Part shown: positions 50,101 to 61,491 of the stretch, piece after piece
Layout: each line of letters begins with the position of its first letter
Numbering within the stretch: position 1 is the stretch's first letter
Virus record (IMG/VR): IMGVR_UViG_3300038679_000051
Coordinates: 256,400 to 320,399 of that record
DNA: 64,000 nt
Source of the DNA: a virus
Lineage: Duplodnaviria > Caudoviricetes
Direction: 5' to 3' (one strand)
The notes under the pieces: generated by a model
Databases searched by the model: none
Told to the model about the DNA's origin: nothing
What the model saw: only the letters and a program-made list of their open reading frames with translations
Position numbers and translations under genes: made by a program

Positions 50101-52011
50101 AACAGAACATCTACATCCCGAACGTTCAGAAGCAGTGAGCTGATTGATGAGCAAAGATTGAAAGACGCTTTATTGATTTATGTGGCAAAAACAAGTTATT
50201 GTACAAACAGTGATCTGGGTGCGTATAAACTGTTCTCTGATACCTTGCCAGGGACAGCTTTCAGCAAGGCGGCTACGGTAGATGCCGACGGCCCTATATT
50301 GGTCGGCAAATGGGTGGAATCTGCGGCACACGGCAGCAATATTATTGCAGGCAGTATTTTTGAGGCTTATTTATTTTTACAAAGAAGCGTGGCGAACAGG
50401 GTATTATCTTTCTATGTCGAGCTGTGGCGCGTACAGAGCGACGGTACTGACATTGCTTTGTTGGCAACATCTTCGCAAATTGTCGCACCTACGACGACAA
50501 CGATTGAAGCTTATGACTTTAAATTAGCATCCATTGCACAAACAATGGATGAAACTGATCGGTTGGCCATTAAGGTATATGCTTTAAGGGCATCAGCCCA
50601 TACGCAAACTGCCACGCTGTGGGGTGGCGGGGCGTATGCCAGCCAATTAAATTACCCGGCTACCATATTTGAAGGTAGTCAGGGTCCACAGGGTGCTACT
50701 GGCGCTCAAGGCGCTACGGGTTCACAGGGCACAGATGGTGTTACTGGTCCACAAGGTCCACAGGGTACTGGTTCGCAGGGTGCTCAGGGTGCTACGGGTT
50801 CACAGGGCACAGATGGTGTTACTGGTCCACAAGGTCCACAGGGTACTGGTTCGCAGGGTGCGCAGGGTGCTACAGGTTCACAGGGTGCTACTGGTGCCCA
50901 AGGTAGTACTGGTATAGATGGTGCTACTGGTCCTCAAGGTCCTGTAGGCAGTCAAGGTGCTACGGGTTCACAGGGTGCTACTGGTGCTCAGGGTGTTGCT
51001 GGTAGTCAGGGTGCTACTGGTGCACAAGGTGCTACGGGTTCACAGGGTGCTACGGGTTCACAGGGTGTTGCTGGTAGTCAGGGTGCTACTGGTGCACAAG
51101 GTAGTGCTGGTATAGATGGTGCCACTGGTCCTCAAGGTCCTGTAGGCAGTCAAGGTGCTACTGGTGCACAAGGTAGCACTGGCATAGATGGTGCTACTGG
51201 TCCCCAAGGTCCTGTAGGCAGTCAAGGTGCTACGGGTTCACAGGGTGCTACTGGTGCCCAAGGTGCTACTGGTAGTCAGGGTGTTGCTGGTGCTCAGGGT
51301 GCTACTGGTGCTCAGGGTGCTACTGGTAGTCAGGGTGTTGCTGGTAGTCAGGGTGCTACTGGTGCACAAGGTGCTACTGGCACACAAGGTAGTACTGGTG
51401 TAGATGGTGCCACTGGTCCCCAAGGTCCTGTAGGCAGTCAAGGTTCAACGGGTGCACAAGGTGCTGCTGGTCCACAAGGTGTTGCTGGTGCTCAGGGCGA
51501 CATAGGCCCACAGGGCGATGAAGGATCACAAGGCAGTGGTACGCAGGGGCCGCAAGGTGATGATGGACCGCAAGGTGGATTGATCCCTGGTGGTGATGCT
51601 TATGATCATTTAATCAAGGCGTCGGCAGCAGATTATGATGCAATATGGTCTAAATATCACCAAATCAATCAATACGATGAATCAATAGGTGATTTAGATT
51701 GTGTTGCCGATGTTGGCAGCGATGGAACTATCGCCCTTGATTGTTCATTGCATATGAATTGGGTCATTGATTTAAATGACGACGTTGAAATATCTATTTC
51801 AAATGTGGTTGCGTCTCGTGCGGCTTCGATTACCGCCTGGTTTGTCGGTGACGGTACGACACGAGCCGTCACTTGGCCGGTGAGCGTAACTTGGGTCAGC
51901 GGCGATGCTCCAGACATTGATGGAACTGATGATGCCCGAACCGTCATTACTTTATTGACGTTTGACGGCGGTACGACGTGGCTCGGCAGTGCTTGGGCAG
52001 AAGGGGTATAA
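47170..52011 (+). CDS. large collagen-like tail fibre protein (1613 aa; paralog of 7825-10422)
   Basis: Three long GAQ/GAT/GSQ collagen tracts, a C1q-like domain (about 48061-48483), a central beta region and a C-terminal fibre domain. Confidence 0.8.
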   Translation: MASLYDLQPNKMFIGSATIGEPIQVDMSSGPTGPQGPQGIAGAQGTTGSQGSTGIDGTTGPQGAQGVAGAQGTTGSQGSTGIDGATGPQGAQGVAGAQGTTGSQGSTGIDGTTGPQGAQGAAGPQGVAGPQGVAGAQGSAGVDGATGPQGAQGVAGVQGATGAQGATGAQGVAGAQGAAGAQGSAGIDGATGPQGPVGSQGVAGVQGATGAQGSTGIDGATGPQGAAGAQGATGTQGSTGIDGATGPQGAQGATGSQGSAGAQGSTGSQGATGAQGVVGAQGAQGTQGEKGDAAGTPDSCKVILASNYSLGNDSPTAIPFGAEDHDTNTMHDNSTNPSRITVKVTGYYHVRGVLKFAANATGIRYAYISKDGTKLADEVRDINPSVTYSSSIEVDLGVISLSADEYIQIHGYQNSSDSLNVLMDGSFLAVTSASGANGEAGVTGPQGPAGSQGSAGAQGSAGAQGSTGSQGATGAQGVAGSQGATGAQGSTGIDGATGPQGAQGATGVQGVAGAQGVAGAQGATGAQGSAGIDGATGPQGSVGPQGTTGSQGVAGAQGTTGSQGVAGAQGATGPQGPAGIVDYNAVLKLDQTTPQTVINGAPIFDVGIQSNDIVEVLGADDTDDGDNLQDNGVWLDGDVDTDKQIIFAENGTPLWAVQGAWRNEKGEFIYLYNLVSGENVLAISQNGRWSINKPTSIIMEHAAFVGSGPNDMLPSGLYTQRITRGFNIEIDGTGTPDTFKWSVTTDGVTFVEQANTVPITAGKITLNWGVEIEFDATTGHTLGDKWSFRAHPQDALDTMTLKPPMLQWVFLHNEDSDVWRDETYQVSTVHCSIGSETSALATTDDVLYLGNHSQFNSSYYVFESFGVGLTLVVEYWDGDSWEALSSANGLIDSTSNFTANGSISWDKATFTDWAKTTVNGVEAYWIRVRSSTDSTTTPIIRAISRHTDYRLAVYSAHNDTRRSFAVKGDGITEVFEANRTSTSRTFRSSELIDEQRLKDALLIYVAKTSYCTNSDLGAYKLFSDTLPGTAFSKAATVDADGPILVGKWVESAAHGSNIIAGSIFEAYLFLQRSVANRVLSFYVELWRVQSDGTDIALLATSSQIVAPTTTTIEAYDFKLASIAQTMDETDRLAIKVYALRASAHTQTATLWGGGAYASQLNYPATIFEGSQGPQGATGAQGATGSQGTDGVTGPQGPQGTGSQGAQGATGSQGTDGVTGPQGPQGTGSQGAQGATGSQGATGAQGSTGIDGATGPQGPVGSQGATGSQGATGAQGVAGSQGATGAQGATGSQGATGSQGVAGSQGATGAQGSAGIDGATGPQGPVGSQGATGAQGSTGIDGATGPQGPVGSQGATGSQGATGAQGATGSQGVAGAQGATGAQGATGSQGVAGSQGATGAQGATGTQGSTGVDGATGPQGPVGSQGSTGAQGAAGPQGVAGAQGDIGPQGDEGSQGSGTQGPQGDDGPQGGLIPGGDAYDHLIKASAADYDAIWSKYHQINQYDESIGDLDCVADVGSDGTIALDCSLHMNWVIDLNDDVEISISNVVASRAASITAWFVGDGTTRAVTWPVSVTWVSGDAPDIDGTDDARTVITLLTFDGGTTWLGSAWAEGV

Positions 52012-52013
52012 TT

Positions 52014-52985
52014 GTGATTGGCGCGACACTTAGACGTGGTGGCGGTGGCGGTTGCGTTGGTCCAGAAGTGACCATGGCTGCTGACGTATTGCCTAACGCT
52101 GATCTGGGTAGCATAACCCCGACCGGCAGTGGAACAGTGGCGGACCCGTATTTGTATTCTTTCTTAACTAAGTGCGGTTTGGCCATGGGTACTTATAAAA
52201 TTTATGGCAATAATTTAACCAATAAAAACGTTTTACTTAATTTAAAGAAAGGCCCTGTTACCGGCACTCAATCCGCAACTGCTTTCGACTTAAAGGCGGC
52301 GGCTACTGGTCAGCATGCGGCCGATTTAACAATTTACAGGGTTGGGGCAATCCAAATAGGAAAAGTTTGGACGTATGCTGGATTCTATAGCGCCGGTGCG
52401 GCACGAGCAGCAGGCACAATTACCATTGGTGCTGTCGACCTATTAGCTGGAAACATAGAAATAGCTGAAATTTTAGCCTATGGTGGTGGACAAACAACTA
52501 GAGTCAATGCTGGAAATGTAATAATACATGCAGCTGGAGATGTATTAATTTGGGACGGTGCAAATCCTGGGACATTGTCCACCATAGGTTATGGTGGAAT
52601 TAATTGCAGAGGTTTTGCCGGGAATATAACCATCAAACACGATGGTTCATTTCTGTCGACTTACGTAAACGCTTATGCAAATTACGGATCTACAATTTTA
52701 GGTAGCGGCGGAGGCGGTGGCGACGTAGACTTTGATGGCGGCTCTGCGAGCGGCACATTCGTTACATCGATGATAAATACCTCATGCCCGGGTAGTTATG
52801 ATGGTGGTCGTGCCGGTGACGTGACTGTTAAGAATTATGCCAGCGTCACAATAGCAAGCGGTATTTTAGCCAGACAGACAAGTGAGTCTTCATCAGGTCT
52901 TCGTGGCGGCAATGTGGCAGTTACGGGGATTGCCGGTGACATTACGATCGGGCTAGACGGCATTCAGTCTTACGCTTCAGGATAA
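52014..52985 (+). CDS. Gly-rich beta-helix fibre/adhesin-like protein
   Basis: GTG start MIGATLRRGGGGG; repeated GG.V.I..G.I pattern. Confidence 0.6.
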   Translation: MIGATLRRGGGGGCVGPEVTMAADVLPNADLGSITPTGSGTVADPYLYSFLTKCGLAMGTYKIYGNNLTNKNVLLNLKKGPVTGTQSATAFDLKAAATGQHAADLTIYRVGAIQIGKVWTYAGFYSAGAARAAGTITIGAVDLLAGNIEIAEILAYGGGQTTRVNAGNVIIHAAGDVLIWDGANPGTLSTIGYGGINCRGFAGNITIKHDGSFLSTYVNAYANYGSTILGSGGGGGDVDFDGGSASGTFVTSMINTSCPGSYDGGRAGDVTVKNYASVTIASGILARQTSESSSGLRGGNVAVTGIAGDITIGLDGIQSYASG

Positions 52986-52994
52986 GGGTTGGAC

Positions 52995-55900
52995 ATGGCT
53001 CATTACACTTGGATAACTGACACAACCGGCGCTATAGATAATGCCGCTAATTGGTCGCCGGCCGGTTTCATTAATGATGCCGGTAATACGTGCGAGGCCA
53101 GCAGCGGCATCTTGGACGTTGACGCAACCATAACCTTTGCGCCGCAACTTACTTTATATTCCGGTGCAACGATACGCGGTTCCGCTAATAATACTAGAAC
53201 ATGGAAGTTCACTGATTTGATATTGTCTGGCGGCACTATATTATCAAGAGGCGGCAATAGCGGCTTTAATGGAACATTTACCGCAGCCGCCAGCACGACT
53301 AGTTATTTGAACGCTGCCAATGGAACCTATGGTAGTGATAAAACTGATTGGACATTAAAAGGCTCTGGTACCATAGAGAAACTAGGTACTGCACCGTGGG
53401 GCGGCCCATTTAGCGGCACTAGTGAATTTACCGGCCATTTGATTATTAAGGCTGGTAATATGTCATTCATTTCAGGCACAACTACTTTCGGCGGCGTAGG
53501 TTGTAGGGTAACGACACAAGGCGGCTATATTGACCGACAATCTTCAGCAGCAACGATTACGTTCAGAACTCTTATCTTTGACGGCGGCGGTTGGTATGAT
53601 TCTGGCAATAACGGTACGACGGTAAATGCCGGTGTAGATATTTCTATTAACTCCGCATCCAATATTAGTATATTTGCCCCAGACCCGCCGGATTCGGGCA
53701 ACAGACCATTCGTTCGTTTCGTACCGGAAATCACAGGAACCGGCGATCTTACTCTTAACACAAGAGGCAATAAGCGCGGAATATCGCTTGCGGGTGGCGG
53801 CGACTGGTCCGGCTTACTTACGATCAATAAATTGTCTTACGTCTATATTGGCGGTAATTTTTGTTGTAAGCAGGGCATCGTGATGGAAGACGATGCGGAC
53901 AAGGGCGTTTTACGAATCGGTGCTTACCGTGTCTCAGATACAATAACCGACGTTGCTGGCGTAACAGTACAGGCGAAGTCATTGGTTTTAGGTGGAAACG
54001 CATATCCAGACGGTGAGTACACTCAGGCCAATGAAGCCGATTTAGACGGTTACATTGTTTTCAATAATGCTACGTCAAAGCTGATTGTACGGGCGGCTGG
54101 AACCGGTCTTGGCGGTGATGTAGAGTTGGAAGCTGATGGAGACATCACCGTTAGCGGCAATATAATCTCACGAGCTGGTACGTCTGATGCAGGCGACGTT
54201 GAAATCACTTCCGGCGGTGAGGTATCTCTAGTTGGAATTGATACCCGCGTGACGACCTCCGATTCTGGCGATCATTATGGCGGCAATTTAATTATTTCTG
54301 CCGTAGATGACGTTAGCATTTCTGCCGCAATTGATCTTGAACAGGTGCTCTATACGGCCGACCAAAGTCGCGATGGTTATGTCGACATTCGTACCACCAC
54401 TGGGGACATTAAGCTTGCAGCGTTGAATTTAACCAAGATTCGTTACGCTTATCTGAGCGGTGACGGTGACAGTCTAATTACCGGCGGCGTTGTTGGTTTT
54501 GATATTGGCGGCAGTCAAACGGAATTACGGACGCCAACTGGCAAGAAGATTTATTACGATTCAAGACATCCTGATAATGAATATTTAGATGGCGATACTT
54601 ATGATCTTGCAGACATTGATGGCGTTGCAGAGGCGGGTGGTACGCTCGAACCGTTGGCCGTTCCAGTTGACAACGTTTGGACCAATGGTGCCGCAGATAA
54701 CGCTTGGGGCACAGCCGGTAATTGGTCTTTAGGTCACGTGCCGACAGAATACGAGAACGTCATCTTTACGGCCAGTGCTGACATAAGCGGCGCGAGCACG
54801 GCGAATTGTAATGCAGCCGCTAATACCGTCGCGAGCGGTTGGTTGAATGGTCTTGCCGGAATAGACATTCGCAGCGGCTATACGGGCACGATTACTATGG
54901 CGGCCAATTTTGCCGGAGGTACGAGTCAGGCGTTGACCGTGCGCGGCGACGTGACGGTCGACGGCGGTGCAGCGGCAGGCGGCTTAGTCTTAACCGGCCT
55001 AGTCGAAACTAAAACGTTTGCGCCGGCTGCTATTGATATAATTGATGATTTAATCACGATTGCCAGTCACGGTTATGCCAATGGCGACGTAATTCAAATC
55101 ACAACTAGCACCACCATGCCGGGTGGTTTAACTTCCGCACTCGCTTACCACGTCGGCAATGTGACGGGAAGCACGTTTTCACTTCATACGAACATCACTG
55201 ACGCGTTAGCCGGTACGAATAAAGTCAACATCACGTCGCAAGGGGCTGGTACGCACACGTCCACACGCGGCGTGGGCGCGACAATCAACTGCTATAATTT
55301 CACTCTGGCTTCCGGCAAGGTCGTACATTCTGACGCTAGAGGCTTCTCGTCAGCGCAAGTGGGACCGGGCACGACTGGAAGTCACTTTTTTGGTGCGACT
55401 CACGGTGGCAGAGGCGGTGGAAATACCAATGAACCAACCATTCCACACCCATATGGAAGCCCTGCTGCGATTACGCTTGGTTCAGGTACGCTTTCAGCTA
55501 ATGGCGGTGGTGCAATCTGCATAAATGCGTCAGCGACGGCAAGCATAAGCGGCAGATTAAGTGCCGATGCCGGAACCGGCTCATTTTCCAGTGCTTCTGG
55601 CGGCAGCATCCGTATCGTTTGTGACGTTTTGTCCGGTTCGGGAGAAATTAGAACTAATGGTGGAACGAATACCGTTGCTCGTGCCGGGGGCGGCGGCGGA
55701 CGCATCTTCATTTCATACTCTTCATCAACATATTCCGGTACTTTTGAATGTGCCGGTGGAAAACCAGCCAGTGCTCAGCCGGGCATCGCTGGGACTCTAC
55801 AATTACCGTCTGGGGCAAATCTTACCGTAACCAAAGACGTGGGCTTACCGCCAGGAAGTCATACGTTTGGAGTCGTGGCCGTGCAGTCCAATGCCACGCT

Positions 55901-57308
55901 CGTCATGCATAGCAACCCGGTCTCGGTGGTCGCTTGTTCCTTGACCGCAACCAGCGTAACGGTAGATTCCGGTTCCACAATATCCGCCAATGCTGAAGGG
56001 TATGCACTATTTACTGGTCCTGGAAGTACTGGTGTAACAAATTATGGCGGTAGCGGTCATGGTGGTCGTGGTGGCGGCTTAAATCCAGGTCTGACTAATG
56101 GAGTTGTAACGGCTCCTGTTAATTTGGGCAGTAGCGCGTCGCATTATGGCGGTGGAGCAATTAAGTTAGTTGCTGGTTCGGTCGCAATTAACGGAACGCT
56201 CACCGCTAATGGACGTGGACGTTTTGACGCCGGGGCAGGTGGAAGCATTTGGGTCGTTTGTACCACATTGTCGGGTTCCGGTACGATCAGCGCACTCGGT
56301 GGGACCCCTGCGGCAGAATCCAATCGCGGCGGCGGCGGTGGTGGACGCATTGCGCTCGCATATGACACCAATACATTTAGCGGTACGGTAAGCGCGGCGG
56401 GCGGGGTGAATTCCGCCAATTCGTTATTCAACGGCGAACTCGGTTCAATCTTGCCCGGCAGTCTTTGTTCCGACGATCACGTCGCCGGACAGGCTGCGAA
56501 CGCCTTGGCTTCAGAACCTTACACGGGCAAAGTCATTTATGGTTTTACGATGTGTACGCCAGGAAACCAAGATGATCAGGCATTTGAGAATGCCGTCGTT
56601 AATAGCTTGGTGTTCGACATCACTTCAGCTTACGGCTTTGCGAACGCCGACATCAATACGATAAAATTGTACGAAGATTTAAAGAATGATGGAGTAACGA
56701 CGGATGACAGTGAAGTAACCATAGACAGCGCAACCGTGTCTGGTTTGACCGGCGGTGATGATGAAACCGGCACCTTAACGTTGGAATTCTCTGGCACTAA
56801 TTTCACCATTAATGATACGGCGGCGATTACCGCCTCAATATCTGGGGTGAATACGACCACGGAAGTGGTTACTACGTCGGCGGCTCACGGTCTGACCACC
56901 GGTCAAGCGGTTCGGTTCGACGGCAGCGGCATAATTCCGGTGCCGCTAAAAGGGGCAACGATTTATTACGTGAACGTGTTAAGTACGACCACGTTCTCCG
57001 TGCATACCACACGAGCCGATGCTTTAAGCGACAGCAATAGAGTTAACTTTACCAGCGCAGGCAGCGGCACTAGAACCGTTATCGTGTACAAGCGGTCTTA
57101 TTTATTGGTAGCTACGCTGTCAGACGTTATAGATGGTTGTAAATTCGACATACAACTCAACATTGAATCAGGAACGTCGCCAAACATTGATGCTTATGGT
57201 GCTGCCTTTAATGAATCATACTCGGAAGATAACGCAGGCACTGGTATTGCAGAATTGACTGGAACCACCACAGTGGCCGTTCATGATACGTTAGGGAGCG
57301 ATGTCTAA
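52995..57308 (+). CDS. large adhesin/autotransporter-passenger-like fibre protein
   Basis: W..AANWS motifs, GSGTIEKLG, repeated GGGAI..SGGSI.I..LSG.G.I..GG..GGGGGRI units, and two phage-type HG(L/Y).G..V modules. Confidence 0.65.
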   Translation: MAHYTWITDTTGAIDNAANWSPAGFINDAGNTCEASSGILDVDATITFAPQLTLYSGATIRGSANNTRTWKFTDLILSGGTILSRGGNSGFNGTFTAAASTTSYLNAANGTYGSDKTDWTLKGSGTIEKLGTAPWGGPFSGTSEFTGHLIIKAGNMSFISGTTTFGGVGCRVTTQGGYIDRQSSAATITFRTLIFDGGGWYDSGNNGTTVNAGVDISINSASNISIFAPDPPDSGNRPFVRFVPEITGTGDLTLNTRGNKRGISLAGGGDWSGLLTINKLSYVYIGGNFCCKQGIVMEDDADKGVLRIGAYRVSDTITDVAGVTVQAKSLVLGGNAYPDGEYTQANEADLDGYIVFNNATSKLIVRAAGTGLGGDVELEADGDITVSGNIISRAGTSDAGDVEITSGGEVSLVGIDTRVTTSDSGDHYGGNLIISAVDDVSISAAIDLEQVLYTADQSRDGYVDIRTTTGDIKLAALNLTKIRYAYLSGDGDSLITGGVVGFDIGGSQTELRTPTGKKIYYDSRHPDNEYLDGDTYDLADIDGVAEAGGTLEPLAVPVDNVWTNGAADNAWGTAGNWSLGHVPTEYENVIFTASADISGASTANCNAAANTVASGWLNGLAGIDIRSGYTGTITMAANFAGGTSQALTVRGDVTVDGGAAAGGLVLTGLVETKTFAPAAIDIIDDLITIASHGYANGDVIQITTSTTMPGGLTSALAYHVGNVTGSTFSLHTNITDALAGTNKVNITSQGAGTHTSTRGVGATINCYNFTLASGKVVHSDARGFSSAQVGPGTTGSHFFGATHGGRGGGNTNEPTIPHPYGSPAAITLGSGTLSANGGGAICINASATASISGRLSADAGTGSFSSASGGSIRIVCDVLSGSGEIRTNGGTNTVARAGGGGGRIFISYSSSTYSGTFECAGGKPASAQPGIAGTLQLPSGANLTVTKDVGLPPGSHTFGVVAVQSNATLVMHSNPVSVVACSLTATSVTVDSGSTISANAEGYALFTGPGSTGVTNYGGSGHGGRGGGLNPGLTNGVVTAPVNLGSSASHYGGGAIKLVAGSVAINGTLTANGRGRFDAGAGGSIWVVCTTLSGSGTISALGGTPAAESNRGGGGGGRIALAYDTNTFSGTVSAAGGVNSANSLFNGELGSILPGSLCSDDHVAGQAANALASEPYTGKVIYGFTMCTPGNQDDQAFENAVVNSLVFDITSAYGFANADINTIKLYEDLKNDGVTTDDSEVTIDSATVSGLTGGDDETGTLTLEFSGTNFTINDTAAITASISGVNTTTEVVTTSAAHGLTTGQAVRFDGSGIIPVPLKGATIYYVNVLSTTTFSVHTTRADALSDSNRVNFTSAGSGTRTVIVYKRSYLLVATLSDVIDGCKFDIQLNIESGTSPNIDAYGAAFNESYSEDNAGTGIAELTGTTTVAVHDTLGSDV

Positions 57309-57320
57309 AGGAGACATAGA

Positions 57321-58046
57321 ATGTACTCATTTGTTGATAAGGGAATACCTGGCGCACCGCAGCAACTGCCTAACTCTTGGCGCAATATCTCTAACTTAAG
57401 TGTTCTGGATGACAATAAGTTGCTTGAATTAGGCTGGTATCCGGTTGTAGAGGAGAAGGACCCTATAAACCCCGATTTAGAGAAATATATTGGACCGACG
57501 TACGTTTTGGAAGATGATCACGTAGCTTCAGTTTGGGCGATAGAGCCGCTGACCGCTGACGATAAGCAGGCTAGACGTTTGGAGCGCTATTTGTCCGAAA
57601 CGGACCCGCTGAAGGCTGAAGCTGAGGCGGAGTTGAAGCAAGGTCGTCCAGAGAAATATTTTGCATACATGGTTTTGCGAAATAAGATTCGTAGAGAAAC
57701 GGAGCCTGAAGAGACGCGTCTCGCACTTGCTAAAGACGACCAAAAGAAATATTGGAAGACCGTCTGCGACAACATGCTGGCGACCCGTTACCCTGAGATG
57801 AATTGTTTGGCGTACAACGCGCAATTGACTTTCGCTGTGGCGACAGGCAAAGCCAATCGTGCCGCTTACATTGGGCAATTGTTCGCGTGGGGCAGCCAAT
57901 TATTCACGTTTTATTATACAATTGCTGCGCAGATTGACGCTGAAGAAACAGTCGACAGTGTCTTATCTAAGACAATTGATTTCACGTTGTGGTTGGCAGC
58001 GGATCCGTTAATCACTGCCGCTGGAATCGAAGCGATTGAGGATTAA
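57321..58046 (+). CDS. tail fibre assembly-like protein
   Basis: LLELGWYPVVE..L..DHV..W; lies between fibre genes; AAGGAG RBS. Confidence 0.55.
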   Translation: MYSFVDKGIPGAPQQLPNSWRNISNLSVLDDNKLLELGWYPVVEEKDPINPDLEKYIGPTYVLEDDHVASVWAIEPLTADDKQARRLERYLSETDPLKAEAEAELKQGRPEKYFAYMVLRNKIRRETEPEETRLALAKDDQKKYWKTVCDNMLATRYPEMNCLAYNAQLTFAVATGKANRAAYIGQLFAWGSQLFTFYYTIAAQIDAEETVDSVLSKTIDFTLWLAADPLITAAGIEAIED

Positions 58047-58061
58047 TAAAGGAGATGTACA

Positions 58062-59831
58062 ATGGCTAACGTGATCGACGTAATCGGAACCAAGCTGCCT
58101 GCCGGGGATAATAACTTGGCTGTCGGTATTGGGGCTTTGAATGCTAATACTACAGGTGAAGGTAATGTTGCTATCGGTTATGAGGCAATGATTACAAACA
58201 CTATCGGAAAACATAATGTAGCTGTTGGTTATAATTCATTATATGCTAATACTACAGGTGACAGTAATGTTGCTATTGGTTTTTTTTCGCTTTATACTAA
58301 TACGATTGGTGAAGACAATGTAGCTATTGGTAAAAATGCTCTCTATTCTAATACGACTGGATTGCGCAATACGGCTGTTGGTAAGGATGCGCTCTATTCT
58401 AATACGATTGGTAAATGGAATACTGCTATTGGTCAAACAGCTTTAACAGCTAACACTACAGGTGATTCTAATGTTGCTGTTGGTATGGCTGCGTTAGCGG
58501 CTAATACAATTGGTGCAAATAATGTTGCTATTGGTTTTGGTTCGCTTTATACTAATACGACCGGCGTGCAGAACGTAGCTATGGGCACTAATGCTTTGGG
58601 GGTCAATACGATTGGCACAAATAACGTAGCTATTGGTACCAGCGCTTTAGATGCTAATACTACAGGAATCAATAACATAGCTATTGGCACTGATGCTTTA
58701 GGGGCTAATACGACTGGTCAGAGAAACGTAGCTGTCGGATATAATGCTTTATTAGTCAACACCATTGCTAATGATAACGTAGCCATCGGCCACCAAGCTT
58801 TAGATGCTAATACAACCGGCACAAATAACGTAGCCGTTGGTACTAATGCTTTGGGGGTTAATACGTCCGGCATTGAAAACGTAGCTATCGGCTATCAAGC
58901 TTTAGACGACAATACGGGTGGCTCCTGGAACGTAGCTATGGGTGCTGCTGCTTTGGGGGGAAATACGATTGGCACAAATAACGTAGCCATCGGCCACCAA
59001 GCTTTAGATGCTAATACGACTGGCTATGAAAACATAGCTATTGGTAGTGATGCTTTGGGTTCTAACACTACTGGGGTGCAGAACGTAGCTATCGGTTCTT
59101 CTGCTTTGTTGAATAATACTATAGGCTACAATAACATAGCTGTCGGTAACAATACTTTAGATTCTAATACGACTGGCATACAGAACATAGCTATGGGTAG
59201 TGGTGCTTTATATGCTAATACGGAGGGCACAGATAACGTAGCCGTCGGTACCATCGCTTTAGATGCCAATACGACTGGCACAAATAACGTAGCTATGGGC
59301 ACTAATGCCTTGGGGGCTAATACTACTGGCGTAGGTAATACTGCATTAGGCCATGCCGCCGGTTCCACAATCACAACTGGCACGAATCTCACCTGTATCG
59401 GTAGTGGTGCCGAACCTACCTCTGCCACTGCAACAAACGAAATGACCCTAGGCAACAACATAGCCACTCTACGTTGCCACGTTACTACAATCACAGCTAT
59501 TTCTGATTCTAGGGACAAAGCCGACATTCAGGATTTTAACGTCGGCCTAGACTTCATCGGTCGCATTATTCCTAAGCAATGGAAATGGGATAAGCGCGAG
59601 TGGTACGAGAATGGCATCTCGGATGGCAGTAAGAAGACTGAAGGACTCGAATACGGCTTCATTGCTCAAGAATTAGAACAAGCGCAACAGGATGCGGGGA
59701 TTGATTTGGGCTTGGTTTTCAAGAATAACCCTGATAAACTTGAAGCAACGCCTGGTAAGCTGTTGACCGTTTGTGTCAAGGCGATTCAGGAACTCGCGGC
59801 AAAGGTGAAGAAGCTGGAAGGACAGGGATGA
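58062..59831 (+). CDS. tail fibre with about 30 14-aa NTTGxNNVAIGxxAL repeats and C-terminal peptidase S74 intramolecular chaperone
   Basis: YadA-head-like repeats; SDSRDK.DI..GLDFI..P..W.W..GFIAQEL. Confidence 0.85.
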   Translation: MANVIDVIGTKLPAGDNNLAVGIGALNANTTGEGNVAIGYEAMITNTIGKHNVAVGYNSLYANTTGDSNVAIGFFSLYTNTIGEDNVAIGKNALYSNTTGLRNTAVGKDALYSNTIGKWNTAIGQTALTANTTGDSNVAVGMAALAANTIGANNVAIGFGSLYTNTTGVQNVAMGTNALGVNTIGTNNVAIGTSALDANTTGINNIAIGTDALGANTTGQRNVAVGYNALLVNTIANDNVAIGHQALDANTTGTNNVAVGTNALGVNTSGIENVAIGYQALDDNTGGSWNVAMGAAALGGNTIGTNNVAIGHQALDANTTGYENIAIGSDALGSNTTGVQNVAIGSSALLNNTIGYNNIAVGNNTLDSNTTGIQNIAMGSGALYANTEGTDNVAVGTIALDANTTGTNNVAMGTNALGANTTGVGNTALGHAAGSTITTGTNLTCIGSGAEPTSATATNEMTLGNNIATLRCHVTTITAISDSRDKADIQDFNVGLDFIGRIIPKQWKWDKREWYENGISDGSKKTEGLEYGFIAQELEQAQQDAGIDLGLVFKNNPDKLEATPGKLLTVCVKAIQELAAKVKKLEGQG

Positions 59832-60730
59832 TGCCCGACAAAGCATTAGGCGGCACTGAACTTGCCTTCAACAGCTTAACGTCCTTATTAGATTGTTCTA
59901 AGGTGAATTTAATTTCATCTATTTGTGATACGAGACAACTGGAGTTGTCCCGACCCAATGTGATTTGGGAGCAGTTGAGTTATGACCAAGAAAATGTACA
60001 GACACTAAGCAATCCAAGTTTTGTCTCAATGCTCGACCAACTTGTTTTTGTCTCGCATTGGCAACACGAACAATTCTTCAAACGATTCCCCATACGAGAC
60101 TGTAGACGTTCCGTCATACAGAATGCGATCCACCCGTTCCCCGCCCATAAGAAACCAGACGGCAAAATCAGGTTAATTTATACTTCTACGCCGTGGCGGG
60201 GTTTGTCGGTGTTGGCGGAAGCTTATGCCAAACTTAACCGTTCCGACGTGGAGTTGGTCGTGTATTCCGGCACCAGCATTTACGGCAATGCGTTTGCCGC
60301 GCAATCGAAGGGAAAATATGACGAATTATACCAACGTCTAAACAACGTAGGGGCGACGCACATTGAATATGCCCCCAATGAAGAAATTAGAGAGGCGTTG
60401 ATGCAGGCCCACATTTTTGCTTATTCCAATATTTGGGAAGAAACAAGCTGCATTGCCGCAATTGAAGCATTAGGGGCTGGATGCAAGGTGGTGACGACAA
60501 GCTTTGGTGCGCTGCCCGAAACGTGTGGTCTGTGGGCTGATTATGTCTTAATCTCCAATGATCTAGTTGACCGATATGCAGAAGCATTAAACCAAGCCAT
60601 AAACGATTATAAATCCAGTGAAACTTCTGACAAACTTGCCGATCAAGTAGCTTATTACGACAAACATTGGACTTGGGACGCGAGAATTGTACAATGGAAG
60701 AAATTGTTTAAAAGATTGGGGGAACGATGA
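59828..60730 (+). CDS. glycosyltransferase family 4 (GT-B)
   Basis: GGTE..VFVSHWQ..LIYTSTPWRGL..IFAY..EETSCIAAIEA.GAG..LPET; ATGA coupling. Confidence 0.85.
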   Translation: MMPDKALGGTELAFNSLTSLLDCSKVNLISSICDTRQLELSRPNVIWEQLSYDQENVQTLSNPSFVSMLDQLVFVSHWQHEQFFKRFPIRDCRRSVIQNAIHPFPAHKKPDGKIRLIYTSTPWRGLSVLAEAYAKLNRSDVELVVYSGTSIYGNAFAAQSKGKYDELYQRLNNVGATHIEYAPNEEIREALMQAHIFAYSNIWEETSCIAAIEALGAGCKVVTTSFGALPETCGLWADYVLISNDLVDRYAEALNQAINDYKSSETSDKLADQVAYYDKHWTWDARIVQWKKLFKRLGER

Positions 60731-61368
60731 GGCGTGTCTTAATCTTAACTCCGACGTTGGACGGGAAGCTTGATTGCCGGTACGTCTTCTCATTGATTGA
60801 GACGCTTAAGGCAGCGCCTAAAGACGTTTCGGTGGACTTCTTATTTATTGCGCATGACGCGTTGATTCAGCGCGCAAGGAATGATCTGTTTGTTTCTGGT
60901 TTGAGGTCTGGAGCCGATGATTTGGTTTTCATTGATTCGGATCAAACGTGGGACCCGGCGGCGTTTTATGCGCTTTTACGCAGGGAGGTTGACGTTGTAG
61001 GTTATCCGTACCCGAAGAAATGCGACGTTGAGACATATTGTGTTAACTGCACTACGCATAAGCTTGAGATTAAAGACGGATTAATGCAAATAGACGGATT
61101 AGGTACAGGCTTCCTTCGCATTACTAAGAAGGCAGCACAGCACGTTTGGGATAAGGCTGAAAAGTATGTTGAGAACGGTATTGAAAAACGTATGGTCTTC
61201 AACGTGACGGTAGAGAACGGGGTTTTGTTTGGTGAAGATATTTCATTTTGTAAATTATTGTCTCCGTTCGACATCTGGCTTGATACGACGTACACCGTGC
61301 CCCACATAGGTCACAAGGTCTATGTCGGGAAGTTTGATGCGTGGCTGGAAAAGATAAAGGGCGATTGA
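60727..61368 (+). CDS. GT-A fold glycosyltransferase-like protein
   Basis: IQRARNDL..LVFIDSD..GTGFLRI..GEDISFC..H.G. Confidence 0.75.
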   Translation: MRRVLILTPTLDGKLDCRYVFSLIETLKAAPKDVSVDFLFIAHDALIQRARNDLFVSGLRSGADDLVFIDSDQTWDPAAFYALLRREVDVVGYPYPKKCDVETYCVNCTTHKLEIKDGLMQIDGLGTGFLRITKKAAQHVWDKAEKYVENGIEKRMVFNVTVENGVLFGEDISFCKLLSPFDIWLDTTYTVPHIGHKVYVGKFDAWLEKIKGD

Positions 61369-61491
61369 GGCAATTCCAATTATTGCTCTAGCGAGAGTGA
61401 CAGAAATAATCTTATTAACGTATATGAGTGGTCTATTGCCGATGGCGGTAAAAGTTGCTAATTATGCACAGGTGTGATATATTGTCTTGAT

